DNA of 64,000 bases from a virus. A program made the position numbers and the translations under genes. Below the pieces are notes generated by a model, which ran no database searches, was not told the origin of the DNA, and saw only the letters and a list, made by a program, of their open reading frames with translations. The stretch lies in the IMG/VR virus record IMGVR_UViG_3300025634_000001, positions 1 through 64,000 of that record, one strand, 5' to 3'. Positions 17,455-26,557 of this stretch are shown piece after piece. Within the stretch, counting starts at the first letter, position 1, and each line of letters starts with the position of its first letter.

Positions 17455-17916
17455 TCACCCGCCGAACTCGTGCCCGTAGGCGGCAGTCCACGCCTCATCA
17501 AGCGCGTAGGCGACGGTCTCGCGGACCATCGTGTCGCGGACCTCGCTCATGCCAGTCACGGGATGCCCTGCGCGCTTGTGCGGGCGCTCGGCCGCGTCTG
17601 CGGCCATCCGCCCCTTCTCGGCCTGCACCCACGCCAGCACCTCAGCTTCAGGTTCGCTGCGGACTTTGAGCCGGGCCGTCTTCACCATCGCGGCGACGCG
17701 GGCGTTGCCTTCTGCGGTGAACATCGCGAAGTCGTCCGAGTCCGAGTCCCAGGCGGCGTCCCCCGTGACCTTGAAGCCCCAGGGAGCGGCGTCGAGGTTC
17801 ACGTCCGCTGCGGTCTTGCCGGGAGCGCGGTTCCAGTTCGGACCGTCTTCGGGGACGCTCTCCGAGTAGCCCTCCCATGGCTCGTCTACCGGGATCGGCT
17901 CGCTGTCGTCGCTCAT
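17455..17916 (-). CDS. hypothetical protein
   Basis: 153-aa ORF; DFAMFTAEGNARV...EVRDTMVRE. Confidence 0.65.
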   Translation of the reverse strand: MSDDSEPIPVDEPWEGYSESVPEDGPNWNRAPGKTAADVNLDAAPWGFKVTGDAAWDSDSDDFAMFTAEGNARVAAMVKTARLKVRSEPEAEVLAWVQAEKGRMAADAAERPHKRAGHPVTGMSEVRDTMVRETVAYALDEAWTAAYGHEFGG

Positions 17917-17950
17917 GCTTCCTGCTCTCCTAGGTATGCCCGCGCGAGGT

Positions 17951-18175
17951 TCAAGGCGCAGGCGAGGTGCCCTCGGTCAGCGTGACCACGCACCCGCTGA
18001 TGGTGACGCCGTTGCCGAACGTGACGTCTTGAAGGAACGGGTCGGGGTCGGGCGGGTCGGGAACGTAGTTCTTGCTGACCAGTTCAGCCTCGAATGAGCC
18101 TTCAACGCAGCAGTCACTGAATGTGACCCGGTAGACCTTGCCGATCTCCGCGTCCACGATGGTCTCGGTGGTCAC
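17951..18175 (-). CDS. hypothetical protein
   Basis: MTTETIV...FSDCCVEG; GAGG RBS. Confidence 0.55.
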   Translation of the reverse strand: MTTETIVDAEIGKVYRVTFSDCCVEGSFEAELVSKNYVPDPPDPDPFLQDVTFGNGVTISGCVVTLTEGTSPAP

Positions 18176-18334
18176 GTCGCCTCGGCTCCCTTCGTTGCCG
18201 CAGGAGCGCCGAAGATCTGGGCAAGATCTTCGCGGCAATGCAAGCAGAGCGCTACCGGCTGATGGCTGCGGCTCAGCTCAAACTTCTGGCAGTGCTCCCG
18301 GGCGGTCGCACGCCCGGCTCTGCTGTTTCCGGGG

Positions 18335-18742
18335 CTACCTTCGGCCGGGCGCGGCCTCCGTCACGCCGATGGCCTCGCTCGCCCAGTACTCCCTGAGGCT
18401 GGAGATCAGCCGCCCTTCGAAGGTGAGCACGGCTATCTCCCGCATCCGCTTACGCAAGCCCTGGGCTACATCGTCAAACTCGGCAGACCATTCGGCGATC
18501 GCGGTGGTCCCGTCGAGGTACAGCGCGTCCAGGTGGCACGTGATGTTGGCCTGATCCCGCGCGACCTTCGTCTGCCAGTACTCGCGGATGGCTTCCCGGT
18601 CGGGGATGGGATCGCCCATCACCCTTTCGTGGTACGTCGCGGCCGGGGTGAAGATGGTCGTAATCAGGTCCGGGTCCTGAGACGTCCAGGCCTTGATGTA
18701 GACGCCGATCACCTCGCGTACGTCCTGCTTGGTCAGCCCCAT
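18335..18742 (-). CDS. NTF2/SnoaL-like protein
   Basis: YIKAWTSQDPD..TIFTPAATYHE, AIREYW, GRLISSLREYW; TGATG coupling. Confidence 0.85.
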   Translation of the reverse strand: MGLTKQDVREVIGVYIKAWTSQDPDLITTIFTPAATYHERVMGDPIPDREAIREYWQTKVARDQANITCHLDALYLDGTTAIAEWSAEFDDVAQGLRKRMREIAVLTFEGRLISSLREYWASEAIGVTEAAPGRR

Positions 18743-19548
18743 CAGTCGTCCCCTCTCACGTCCGCCAAGGTCAGCGGAGCACCGTATTCCGAATGTGCCA
18801 TCACCAGGTCGTGCAGCTCGTGCGGGTCGCGCAGCGTGAATCCGGCGGCCGGGATCGGCCCGGTGTCGAGCCGGACCCATCGCCAGAGACTGCCGGAAAC
18901 TTCCACGTCGCTGGCGACTCCCGAATACATGCCCTCCATCACGGTCTCGCCTTGAAGGACGGCCAGCGTCAGTGATCCGAAGTAGCGCGTGTCACTGGTG
19001 TTCATCCACACGCCGACCAGATGGCGGTGACGGAGCTCGGCTTCGATCTCGTTGCGGAACGCCCGTCCGCGGCCCTCGCTGCGGGGCTCCGGTGGATGGT
19101 TCGCGGCGCGGATGCGATTGCCGGGCCCGACGACAACGTGGGCGATGTCGGCGTGATAGTGCGGCTGGCCGGCGTGCATGAACTGGTAGCTGGTGACCCA
19201 CGTCCCGGCCAGTACCTCAGCAGGGAAGGCGGGCGGCACGCCGTCTAGCAGGCGCGCAGAAGTCGCAGGCAGGCTCTGTGTCATCGCCTGACAGAAAACC
19301 ACCAGATCGCCGGGCGGATCCTCATCGGTTTCCCATGCCGTGATGGTCTCCGGGATGACATCCCACTTGGTCCGCTCGCGGATGTACTCGGCGAACTCCG
19401 CGCGGCTCAGGTCAAGCGCGAGGCGTGCCGCAGCAACATGACCGCAGGCAATGCTCAGCCAGTCGGGCTCCCGGTTTACGCCGAGCCCGATGCTGACGAC
19501 TTCGGCGTTACCGCCGCCCACCGCCGGCCGCTGCCTCTGCCTGCTCAC
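18742..19548 (-). CDS. XRE-like HTH fused to a C-terminal beta-barrel domain
   Basis: ARLALDLSRAEFA...ITAWET; LAGTWVTSY...LVGVW...YFGSLTL...MEGMYSG...WRWVR; GGAGG RBS. Confidence 0.7.
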   Translation of the reverse strand: MSRQRQRPAVGGGNAEVVSIGLGVNREPDWLSIACGHVAAARLALDLSRAEFAEYIRERTKWDVIPETITAWETDEDPPGDLVVFCQAMTQSLPATSARLLDGVPPAFPAEVLAGTWVTSYQFMHAGQPHYHADIAHVVVGPGNRIRAANHPPEPRSEGRGRAFRNEIEAELRHRHLVGVWMNTSDTRYFGSLTLAVLQGETVMEGMYSGVASDVEVSGSLWRWVRLDTGPIPAAGFTLRDPHELHDLVMAHSEYGAPLTLADVRGDD

Positions 19549-19903
19549 GACTGCCTCCGCGAGGCTTCCCGGCCACGGTCGCGAGCCGGGCATCCATGCG
19601 CCCGATGCGCTCGCGCAGCTCGTTCAGTTCCTGCCGCATCTCGGCGACTTGATCCTTGAGCGGCCGGTCGTCCAGCCGGGCCGCTGCTGCCTCGTCGGCC
19701 GTGACCCGCACCGTGTAGGGCGCTCCGGGGTGACTCTCCAGGACGCCCGCGCTCACCAGCTCTTTCGTGACCTTGCGGGACGTGGAGTCCGTCGCGCCGG
19801 TCATCTTGCGGATCTGCCCCAGCGTGACCTCGCCGTCGATCTCGCCTGACGCGATCTTGGCCAGGACCGTCTCCGCGATCTGCTGGTACTTCGGTCCGGT
19901 CAT
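19508..19903 (-). CDS. GntR-like winged-helix repressor (KorSA/TraR-like position)
   Basis: PKYQQIAETVLAKIASGE...L...GVLESHPG plus coiled coil; AAGGAG RBS; divergent from the transfer operon. Confidence 0.7.
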   Translation of the reverse strand: MTGPKYQQIAETVLAKIASGEIDGEVTLGQIRKMTGATDSTSRKVTKELVSAGVLESHPGAPYTVRVTADEAAAARLDDRPLKDQVAEMRQELNELRERIGRMDARLATVAGKPRGGSREQAEAAAGGGRR

Positions 19904-19987
19904 GTCGGGGCTCCTTGACGACACTGTGCATCACTGTGCGCTTAGTGGTCACGGTACAGCACACCCCTCCGGCGCGTCTCTCTCGGC

Positions 19988-20024
19988 TTGACACCATGTC
20001 GCCATTGTGACACAGTGGCGACAT
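19988..20024 (+). promoter_or_regulatory. promoter with overlapping palindromic operator
   Basis: TTGACA-N17-CACAGT overlapped by ATGTCGCCATTGTG-A-CACAGTGGCGACAT (13/14 paired). Confidence 0.7.
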
Positions 20025-20063
20025 ACATTCAAACCGATCGTACTCACTAAGTAGGCGGCAACG

Positions 20064-20279
20064 TTGGAAACAGCTGAGTGGCTTAACGCGGCGGAAGTGT
20101 CCGCGCTGTTCGTAGAGGCTGGCCTGTTTCGCGTCCCCCGCAGCACTCTGCGCAGGTGGACCATCACCGGCCGCGTCACCAGCGTGCGCACCGCAGGCGG
20201 ACACCGGCGCTACAAGGGGTCCGCCGTCCGCGCCCTCATCGCCGAGACCTTGAACCCGGCAACTGCGGCGGTGGCCTGA
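20064..20279 (+). CDS. BldC/excisionase-like HTH protein
   Basis: WLNAAEVSALF...TLRRW...G.V.SVRTAGGHRRY...VRAL. Confidence 0.8.
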   Translation: METAEWLNAAEVSALFVEAGLFRVPRSTLRRWTITGRVTSVRTAGGHRRYKGSAVRALIAETLNPATAAVA

Positions 20280-20280
20280 G

Positions 20281-20445
20281 ATGCCCGACCTCTACGCCGC
20301 AGGCCGCGAATGGCTCGCCGAGCTTGAGTGGCGCGACGACCCCGACTTCGACACCGTGACCGACTACAAGGTCCGCCGTGTGGTCGACCATCTGCACGAC
20401 GGCGGCTGGGCCGCCTTCGTCCGCGCCGAGATGGCGGTGGCCTGA
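20281..20445 (+). CDS. small hypothetical protein
   Basis: MPDLYAAGREWLAELEW...HDGGWAAFV. Confidence 0.55.
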   Translation: MPDLYAAGREWLAELEWRDDPDFDTVTDYKVRRVVDHLHDGGWAAFVRAEMAVA

Positions 20446-20537
20446 TGCTCGCCTCAGACATGCAGAAGGGCCAGCGCGTCAACGCCGGCCCCTCTTACAG
20501 CAATGACCGGCCTCGACCGCCAAGAGGAGACAAGCCA

Positions 20538-20822
20538 ATGCAGACCGTACCATCCGCCCCCGTCACGCAGGCCGACCTAGACCTAGGTGTCCACATGCTG
20601 GCCAGCGCGGGCCACTACCCCTCCGCCATCGCATCGCTTGACGCGGCGGCCATCGTCAAGTCCGGCGCGGACCCGTTTCCCGCCCTCGTCGCTGCCGTCC
20701 TGGCCGACACCCGCCGTCCGCTCACGGATCTCGCGGACTTCCTCCCCGCCGAGGCCTACTACGAGGTCGAGGCCCTGATGTCCGCTGCCGGTTCCGCAGC
20801 GGTACTGGAGGCGAGCCGCTGA
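20538..20822 (+). CDS. hypothetical protein
   Basis: GAGGAG RBS. Confidence 0.6.
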   Translation: MQTVPSAPVTQADLDLGVHMLASAGHYPSAIASLDAAAIVKSGADPFPALVAAVLADTRRPLTDLADFLPAEAYYEVEALMSAAGSAAVLEASR

Positions 20823-20937
20823 TGCCCGGCTCCGGCTACACCATCTACGAGCGCTGGCTGCGCGGAGAGCCCGCCACCACCGCCGAGGAACGCTCCCGCT
20901 ACCGCGAGTACGCCTGCGAGCAGAAGGCGGCAACGCC

Positions 20938-21540
20938 GTGAACCGCAGCGACCGCGCAGCGTGGGCCTCGGCCCGGACTCTCGCCGACCTGTGCGAGCTG
21001 ACCGCCCGCTGGCTCGAGGGCACCGTCACCGGGCAGCCCGGCTACTGCGGCCCGTCCGACATCGAGGACCCCAAGCTCGTCCCGCTCCTGGCAGCCCTGA
21101 ACCGGGCCGGGTTCATGACCACGACCAGCCAGGTCGGCCTCATCCAGCACGGCAGCGGGGGGACGCACGCGGAGCAGCGCGCAGCCGTCGAGGGCTTCGC
21201 GTCACCCGAGGTCGCGGCGTGGCTCATCGCCGCCGCGCAGGACGCTGGCCTGTCCGTCGTCGCCTACGACCCGGCCAGCCGCCCCCGCTGGCGCTACCGC
21301 TACGACCGGGCCGTCACCGTGACCCAGGTCAACGGCAGGCGCTTCACGGCGTTCGGCGTCCAGCTCCCCCGCCGCCACATCCGCGACGCGCACATCGGCT
21401 ACGGCGTGTGCGGCCGGGACGCGGTGAAGGCCCTGTGCTCGGCGTGGCAGGTCACGATCATCGACCCTGAATGGGGCCAGGAAACGTTCCTCTGGGACGT
21501 GCTCGCCGCGGCGCTGGCCGAGAACGGGGCATCGTCGTGA
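20938..21540 (+). CDS. hypothetical protein (DUF6919-like)
   Basis: WASARTLADLCELTARWLEG...LNRAGFMTTTSQ...QRAAVEGF...IIDPEWG. Confidence 0.7.
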   Translation: MNRSDRAAWASARTLADLCELTARWLEGTVTGQPGYCGPSDIEDPKLVPLLAALNRAGFMTTTSQVGLIQHGSGGTHAEQRAAVEGFASPEVAAWLIAAAQDAGLSVVAYDPASRPRWRYRYDRAVTVTQVNGRRFTAFGVQLPRRHIRDAHIGYGVCGRDAVKALCSAWQVTIIDPEWGQETFLWDVLAAALAENGASS

Positions 21541-21836
21541 ACCCCTACGGAGTCAGCGCCTACCCTGCGACGCTCCCGCTCGACGCCGACGCGGGTGCCG
21601 AAGACCTCGCCTGGCAGGACGACGCGCTCTGCATGCAGGTTGACGGTGACGTCTTCTTCCCTGACAAGGGCCAGCCCAGTGCGCCCGCCAAGCGGGTCTG
21701 CCAGGACTGCCCGGTCAAGGCCGAATGCCTGGAGTACGCGCTGGAGAACGACATCCACCACGGCGTGTGGGGTGGCGAGTCCGAGATGGACCGCCGCCGC
21801 ATCCGTCGCCAGCGGAACAGGCGGTTGCCGGCATGA
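21537..21836 (+). CDS. WhiB-family Fe-S transcriptional regulator
   Basis: WQDDALC...FFP...AKRVCQDCPVKAECLEYAL...GVWGG. Confidence 0.92.
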   Translation: MNPYGVSAYPATLPLDADAGAEDLAWQDDALCMQVDGDVFFPDKGQPSAPAKRVCQDCPVKAECLEYALENDIHHGVWGGESEMDRRRIRRQRNRRLPA

Positions 21837-21843
21837 GCCACTC

Positions 21844-22059
21844 TCAGGCGCGCACCTTGCCGAGCTTGTCGCCCCGTCCCGCGACACGCGCGATGAGCTC
21901 GAACTCGCCCCAGTGGGACTCGGCCCACTTGTGGCCCTGGAGCCAGCCGCGGAGCTGCCGTTGCAGCCACGCGGAGTCGTCGGCGTCCCCGGTCACCTGG
22001 AACGTGTCCTCGTGCCGGTTCTTGCGGAGCACATCAAGGTCAAGCGCGCGTGCGGCCAT
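21844..22059 (-). CDS. antisense leaderless hypothetical protein
   Basis: TACCAT-N7-ATG; fills the gap between plus-strand genes. Confidence 0.55.
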   Translation of the reverse strand: MAARALDLDVLRKNRHEDTFQVTGDADDSAWLQRQLRGWLQGHKWAESHWGEFELIARVAGRGDKLGKVRA

Positions 22060-22110
22060 GGCTTCGATGGTAAGCCCGTCCGCCCGATCCGTCACGGGGG
22101 CGAGCGCGTG

Positions 22111-22383
22111 ATGGCGGGCCACCGGAACGGCCAGCCTCGCCGGGACACGGCCCGCGCCGAGCGCATGCAGGCCCGGATCGCCGCCTCGAGGGACGAGCTT
22201 CAGGCGATGGGGCACGCGTTCGACTGGCTCCGCATGGAGCTTGCCCACCTCGGCCGGGCCGGGCAGCACGGCGACAGGTCCAGGCCGCACACCGCCGAGG
22301 CGAACGCGATAGCCGCCGAGGTGACCCGCGAACTGCTCGACCGCACGAAATACGTGATCAAGAGAAGCGGAGACGCACAGTGA
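22111..22383 (+). CDS. hypothetical protein
   Basis: Coupled to the next gene (GTGA). Confidence 0.55.
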   Translation: MAGHRNGQPRRDTARAERMQARIAASRDELQAMGHAFDWLRMELAHLGRAGQHGDRSRPHTAEANAIAAEVTRELLDRTKYVIKRSGDAQ

Positions 22384-22814
22384 TCGAGACGACGCCCGAA
22401 CTGGCGGAGGAAGTGAGGGAAGGAAGTCCCGAAACTGCCTTCCCCGACGCCCAACCGGAGAGCGCGCAGCGCGCGAGAAGTGTAACACTGCCCCCACTGC
22501 CGTCACTGACTGCCGTTACTGAGCGTGTCCGCAAGGCGGGTGCTGCCGTGTCGAAAGCGGGCGCCCTGCTGGACAAGCCGGGTTCCCTGATCCACGCTCA
22601 GCCGCCGACGTTCAAGCAGGCGAAGGACCGTCACCACGAGTGCGCCGGCCACATTCGCACGTGGACGATCCTCCGGGTCGGCCGTTACGCGTGGGGCTGG
22701 TTCCACCTGCTGGTGATCCTGCCGCCGCTGTACCTGCTGGCGTGGGTCACCGAGTCCCCGCTACGCCTGTTCATCGCCGCGGCTCTCGCCGCTGCGGTCC
22801 TCTACTGGAGCTAA
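22380..22814 (+). CDS. membrane protein of the transfer module
   Basis: C-terminal TM helices; operonic with the FtsK gene. Confidence 0.65.
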   Translation: MIETTPELAEEVREGSPETAFPDAQPESAQRARSVTLPPLPSLTAVTERVRKAGAAVSKAGALLDKPGSLIHAQPPTFKQAKDRHHECAGHIRTWTILRVGRYAWGWFHLLVILPPLYLLAWVTESPLRLFIAAALAAAVLYWS

Positions 22815-22817
22815 GTC

Positions 22818-23243
22818 ATGAACCTGAGTGTTACCGAACTGGCCGCCCTGTTCCTGCTGCTCTACGGCCTGCTGCACTGGCTCGGGATCATGCCGGGCAC
22901 CCGTGCCGTCCTGGCGCTGCTGGGCACCGTCACGCTCGGCACGCAGGGTTTCGCCGGCCGGATCCTCGGCGATATCGGAGCCTGGCTGAGCAGCATCGGC
23001 GGCGCGGTCACGCAGTGGCTGTTCGGGGTGTCGATCTCGGCGGCGGTGTTCCTCATCGCGCTTGTGATCCTGCTCCATGACTTCCACCCGAAGAACTCGG
23101 CTGCCAAGCGCACCGGCTACGCGGCGATCGTCGTCGGCATCTGCCTGGCGAGCGCCATCGCCACAATCCCGGCCCTGGCGCCTGTCGCCGGGGCGATCCA
23201 CTCGCTGATGAGCACTCTCGTCGGCTTCGTCAACTCACTGTGA
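22818..23243 (+). CDS. multi-pass membrane protein (Spd-like)
   Basis: About four hydrophobic helices. Confidence 0.7.
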   Translation: MNLSVTELAALFLLLYGLLHWLGIMPGTRAVLALLGTVTLGTQGFAGRILGDIGAWLSSIGGAVTQWLFGVSISAAVFLIALVILLHDFHPKNSAAKRTGYAAIVVGICLASAIATIPALAPVAGAIHSLMSTLVGFVNSL

Positions 23244-23250
23244 GCTAGCC

Positions 23251-24486
23251 ATGGAAGTCATCCTGTTTTTCGTCCTCGTCTATGCCGCGAAGCGCGGCTG
23301 GGACGACGCCAAGTCAGGTGCCGCGAAGTCACGCGCCGCGTACATGAAACGCGCTGACGCGAAGCACCCGGACATGCCCAAGTCAAGGCGCACGGCCCAC
23401 GCCCTGCGTCATGACTTCGGCTACGCCCTGAGTCAGGTCGCCCAGGGCTTCCCTCAAGTCAGGCACGGCTTCGGCGCGGGGTGGCATGAAGGCAGGCAGG
23501 CGCATGCTCAGGCTAGGGCCGAGTACGAGCGCGCCAAGACAGACCACCTGGAGACCAGGGCTGGCCTGATCCCTGACCTGACCGACTACCGCAGGCGGCA
23601 GAAGGAGGCGCTGGAACGGATCCGTTCAGGTCAGGCCTGCACTGACGGCAGCGACGCCGAAGAGGAAGCCGACCAGGAAGACCACGCGGAGGCACGCGAG
23701 CCGTCGTGGTCATGGGGGCCTGACGGATTCCGATGGGAAGGGGCACGTCGCCTTGACGGCAAGCCTGAGACTGACGCGGATGACGAGGAGCCATCCGCCG
23801 GCGACGTCCGGTATTCCTACGGCTCCATCCACCGTCCGCTGGCGTGGCCGACCGATGACCTCGATGTCGCCCGGAGGCAGGCCGCGGCCATGTCGCAGGA
23901 CGGCACTCCGCAGCAAGTGCACGAGTATCACGACGGCGGCCCAGGCGAACTGCTGGACACCTACGTCAACGGCGAACCTGTCTCGCCCGAGGAAGGCCGC
24001 GAGCTTGACGTCCAGTATGCGGGCGAGCGGGACGCTGCCCGCCGCGAGTGTGCCGGCCAGGGCTGGCCCGGCGCTGCTGCGCTGCTCGACCCACTTCCAG
24101 GCGAGGACGACCGGAATCAATCCGCATCACCAACCGAAGGGAACACTATGCCTACTGGCACCGCATCCGATGTCACCTACGACGCCGTGCTCGCGAAGAT
24201 GAACGACGCCGTTCAGGTCGCCGAGCAGCACGCCGCCGATGTCACCGCCGCGAAGAACGAGGCGGACCAGATCGCCGACCAGATGCAGGCCCTGGACGTG
24301 GACCCCGCCACCCTCAGCGCGATGGCCGATCACGCCGACGCCCTGGACGAGGCCGAGACGGCGCACCAGAAGGTGCTGGAGACCGCCCAGAACGTGCAGC
24401 ACGTGCTCGAAGCCGAGCAGGGCCAGCTCGCCGAGGCACACAAGAACACCGCCCACGCCGCCGAGAAGGCCTTTTTCGAAGAGTGA
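23251..24486 (+). CDS. transfer-region protein: N-terminal anchor, C-terminal helical domain (TraA-like)
   Basis: Directly upstream of FtsK; C-terminal acidic coiled coil with a possible internal start at 24148. Confidence 0.65.
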   Translation: MEVILFFVLVYAAKRGWDDAKSGAAKSRAAYMKRADAKHPDMPKSRRTAHALRHDFGYALSQVAQGFPQVRHGFGAGWHEGRQAHAQARAEYERAKTDHLETRAGLIPDLTDYRRRQKEALERIRSGQACTDGSDAEEEADQEDHAEAREPSWSWGPDGFRWEGARRLDGKPETDADDEEPSAGDVRYSYGSIHRPLAWPTDDLDVARRQAAAMSQDGTPQQVHEYHDGGPGELLDTYVNGEPVSPEEGRELDVQYAGERDAARRECAGQGWPGAAALLDPLPGEDDRNQSASPTEGNTMPTGTASDVTYDAVLAKMNDAVQVAEQHAADVTAAKNEADQIADQMQALDVDPATLSAMADHADALDEAETAHQKVLETAQNVQHVLEAEQGQLAEAHKNTAHAAEKAFFEE

Positions 24487-24529
24487 CACAGGACCGCAAT
24501 GACCTGACCGAAGCACTATCAAGGAGCTG

Positions 24530-26539
24530 ATGACAATGCCGCGCTCGAAGACGCGGGAGGTTCCGCGCTGGAAGCGCGGCAAGGCCAAGAAGCCGGGCGC
24601 GCCACCGGTCCAGCTGCGAGGCCGCAGTGCCCGCGAGTTCGCCCGCGAGTTCGCGAAGGCAACCCAGCCGCAGGCCGGCGGCGCGGCCACTCCGGCTAGC
24701 GGCACGATTACCCGGACGGGGGCGTGGCGGTTCCGCCGTCACCTGCCCCCGTTCGGGTGGCTCGCCGCCCTCATCGCCAGTGCCGGGCTGCATTCGGCGC
24801 CGCACCCGCTGCTGTGGGGCCTGCTCGCCAGCCTCGCCGCCCCCGCGGTCATGGTGCTGTTCACCCGGCACCTGCAGGACTTCACCCGCCGCGCGGTCGA
24901 CGTCGCCGCGCTGATCACGTCGCTGTGGGTGCCGTTCCTCGCCGCCCGCGGCCTTCACTCGTGCATCGCGTGGCTGCTGCTCACCTGGGCGCCGTGCTGC
25001 GCCCTGTGGGTGCGCCACTACCGCTGGCACCCCGACGCCGCGGCTGCCGTCGCCATCCCGGTTGCGGGCGACCACGAGCAGTGGAACGCCCTGGCCGCCC
25101 AGCAGAAGTGGAACGCGACCCTCGGCAGTGCAGAGCAGCTTCCCGGCGGCGGGCGGCGCTACCCGATCCAGTGCGACGGCATCAAGACCGTCCTCAAAAA
25201 CATCCTGTCGTCCAGCGAGAACGTCGCCGGGGCATGGCATAAGCCGATGACCGAGGCGTACGCCGAACGTCACCCGCACGGCGTCACGTCCAGGGGATAC
25301 CTGACGATCCTGGGCAGCGAGACCCTGATGCGCGGCCGGGAATGGAACGGCGCCGGGATGGACCCGAAGACCGGCCTGGCGGTCATTGGCCGCTACGCTG
25401 ACGGCTCCCCGGCGCACGTGAAGATGTACACGCCCCGGTATGGCGTACGGCATGCCCTGCTCAGCGGCACAACAGGCTCTGGCAAGAGCACCCTGCTGGA
25501 CCTGCTCTGCTTCATAGCGATCACGACCGGCTGGTTCGTGCCGGTCGTCCTCGACCCGCAGGAAGGCCAGAGCCTGCCGTTCTGGCGGGACCGCTGCCTG
25601 TACGCCGCGGGGACCGACGAGTGCTACGGCATGCTCCGCGGCCTGCATGCCGGGATGCTCGACCGGTCCCGTTACCTCGCGTCGCTGCGCTGGGATGACG
25701 ACGGCGTTTCGATGCGCGGCATGCCGTTCTTCGACTACGAGATGACCGGCCTGCCGATGCCGCTGATCATCCTCGACGAGGCCCACATGGTCCTGAAGGG
25801 CAAGACCAAGACCGAGCGGGACATCGTGGAGAAGGTGATGGAGGTCGGCCGTCTCGGGCGGAAGACCGGGACGGCGCTGTGGCTCGCCACGCAGCTCCCG
25901 TCGCTGAAGGATCTCGGCGGGGAGCAGGCGCTGCGGGACATGCTCCGCGGCGGGAACGTCATCTCGATGCGGACCGCGAACAAGGTCGCCAGCGGCATGC
26001 TGGGCCTGGAGAAAGACCCCAGCGAGATCCCGCCGTACTTCACCAACGGCAAGGAGACCTACGGGCTCGGCTATACAGCGGGCCCGGACGCCCGGCCTGA
26101 CGCGCCGATGCGCAGCGACCTGGTGCCGAAGTCGATGCTCAAGAAGGTCCCGGCGATCCCGCAGCTTGATGACCGGTTCCGCGAGGCGATGGATCTCGCG
26201 ATGGGCGGCATGCCGCTGGTGACGGCGGCTCCGGTACTCAGCTCGCGCCCCGCGAGCGCCGCTGCGCCGCCCGTCGATGATGCACCCGAGGGACGCCGCT
26301 GCGCCGATGCCGTCTGGAAGGCCCTGTGCGAGGCGGGCAGGCCGCTTGAGCGCGGCGAGGTCATCGCCCGGGCCAACCACGTCGCAACCGGCGAGTGGGG
26401 CCGCGACCGGGGGTTCAGCATCCGCGCTGTCGGCGAAGCCCTCCGCGATCTTGCTGCCGGCAAGTACCCGGACCGGCCAATCGCCAAGCCGGGCGACGGC
26501 GTGTACGAATCCCTCGCGCCGCGCGGCGTCGGCGCGTAA
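24530..26539 (+). CDS. FtsK/SpoIIIE-family DNA translocase (TraB-like)
   Basis: N-terminal TM helices, Walker A GTTGSGKS, Walker B IILDEAH, GRKTG, ATQ, C-terminal wHTH-like region; AAGGAG RBS. Confidence 0.85.
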   Translation: MTMPRSKTREVPRWKRGKAKKPGAPPVQLRGRSAREFAREFAKATQPQAGGAATPASGTITRTGAWRFRRHLPPFGWLAALIASAGLHSAPHPLLWGLLASLAAPAVMVLFTRHLQDFTRRAVDVAALITSLWVPFLAARGLHSCIAWLLLTWAPCCALWVRHYRWHPDAAAAVAIPVAGDHEQWNALAAQQKWNATLGSAEQLPGGGRRYPIQCDGIKTVLKNILSSSENVAGAWHKPMTEAYAERHPHGVTSRGYLTILGSETLMRGREWNGAGMDPKTGLAVIGRYADGSPAHVKMYTPRYGVRHALLSGTTGSGKSTLLDLLCFIAITTGWFVPVVLDPQEGQSLPFWRDRCLYAAGTDECYGMLRGLHAGMLDRSRYLASLRWDDDGVSMRGMPFFDYEMTGLPMPLIILDEAHMVLKGKTKTERDIVEKVMEVGRLGRKTGTALWLATQLPSLKDLGGEQALRDMLRGGNVISMRTANKVASGMLGLEKDPSEIPPYFTNGKETYGLGYTAGPDARPDAPMRSDLVPKSMLKKVPAIPQLDDRFREAMDLAMGGMPLVTAAPVLSSRPASAAAPPVDDAPEGRRCADAVWKALCEAGRPLERGEVIARANHVATGEWGRDRGFSIRAVGEALRDLAAGKYPDRPIAKPGDGVYESLAPRGVGA

Positions 26540-26557
26540 CAGGCCAAACACACACAG

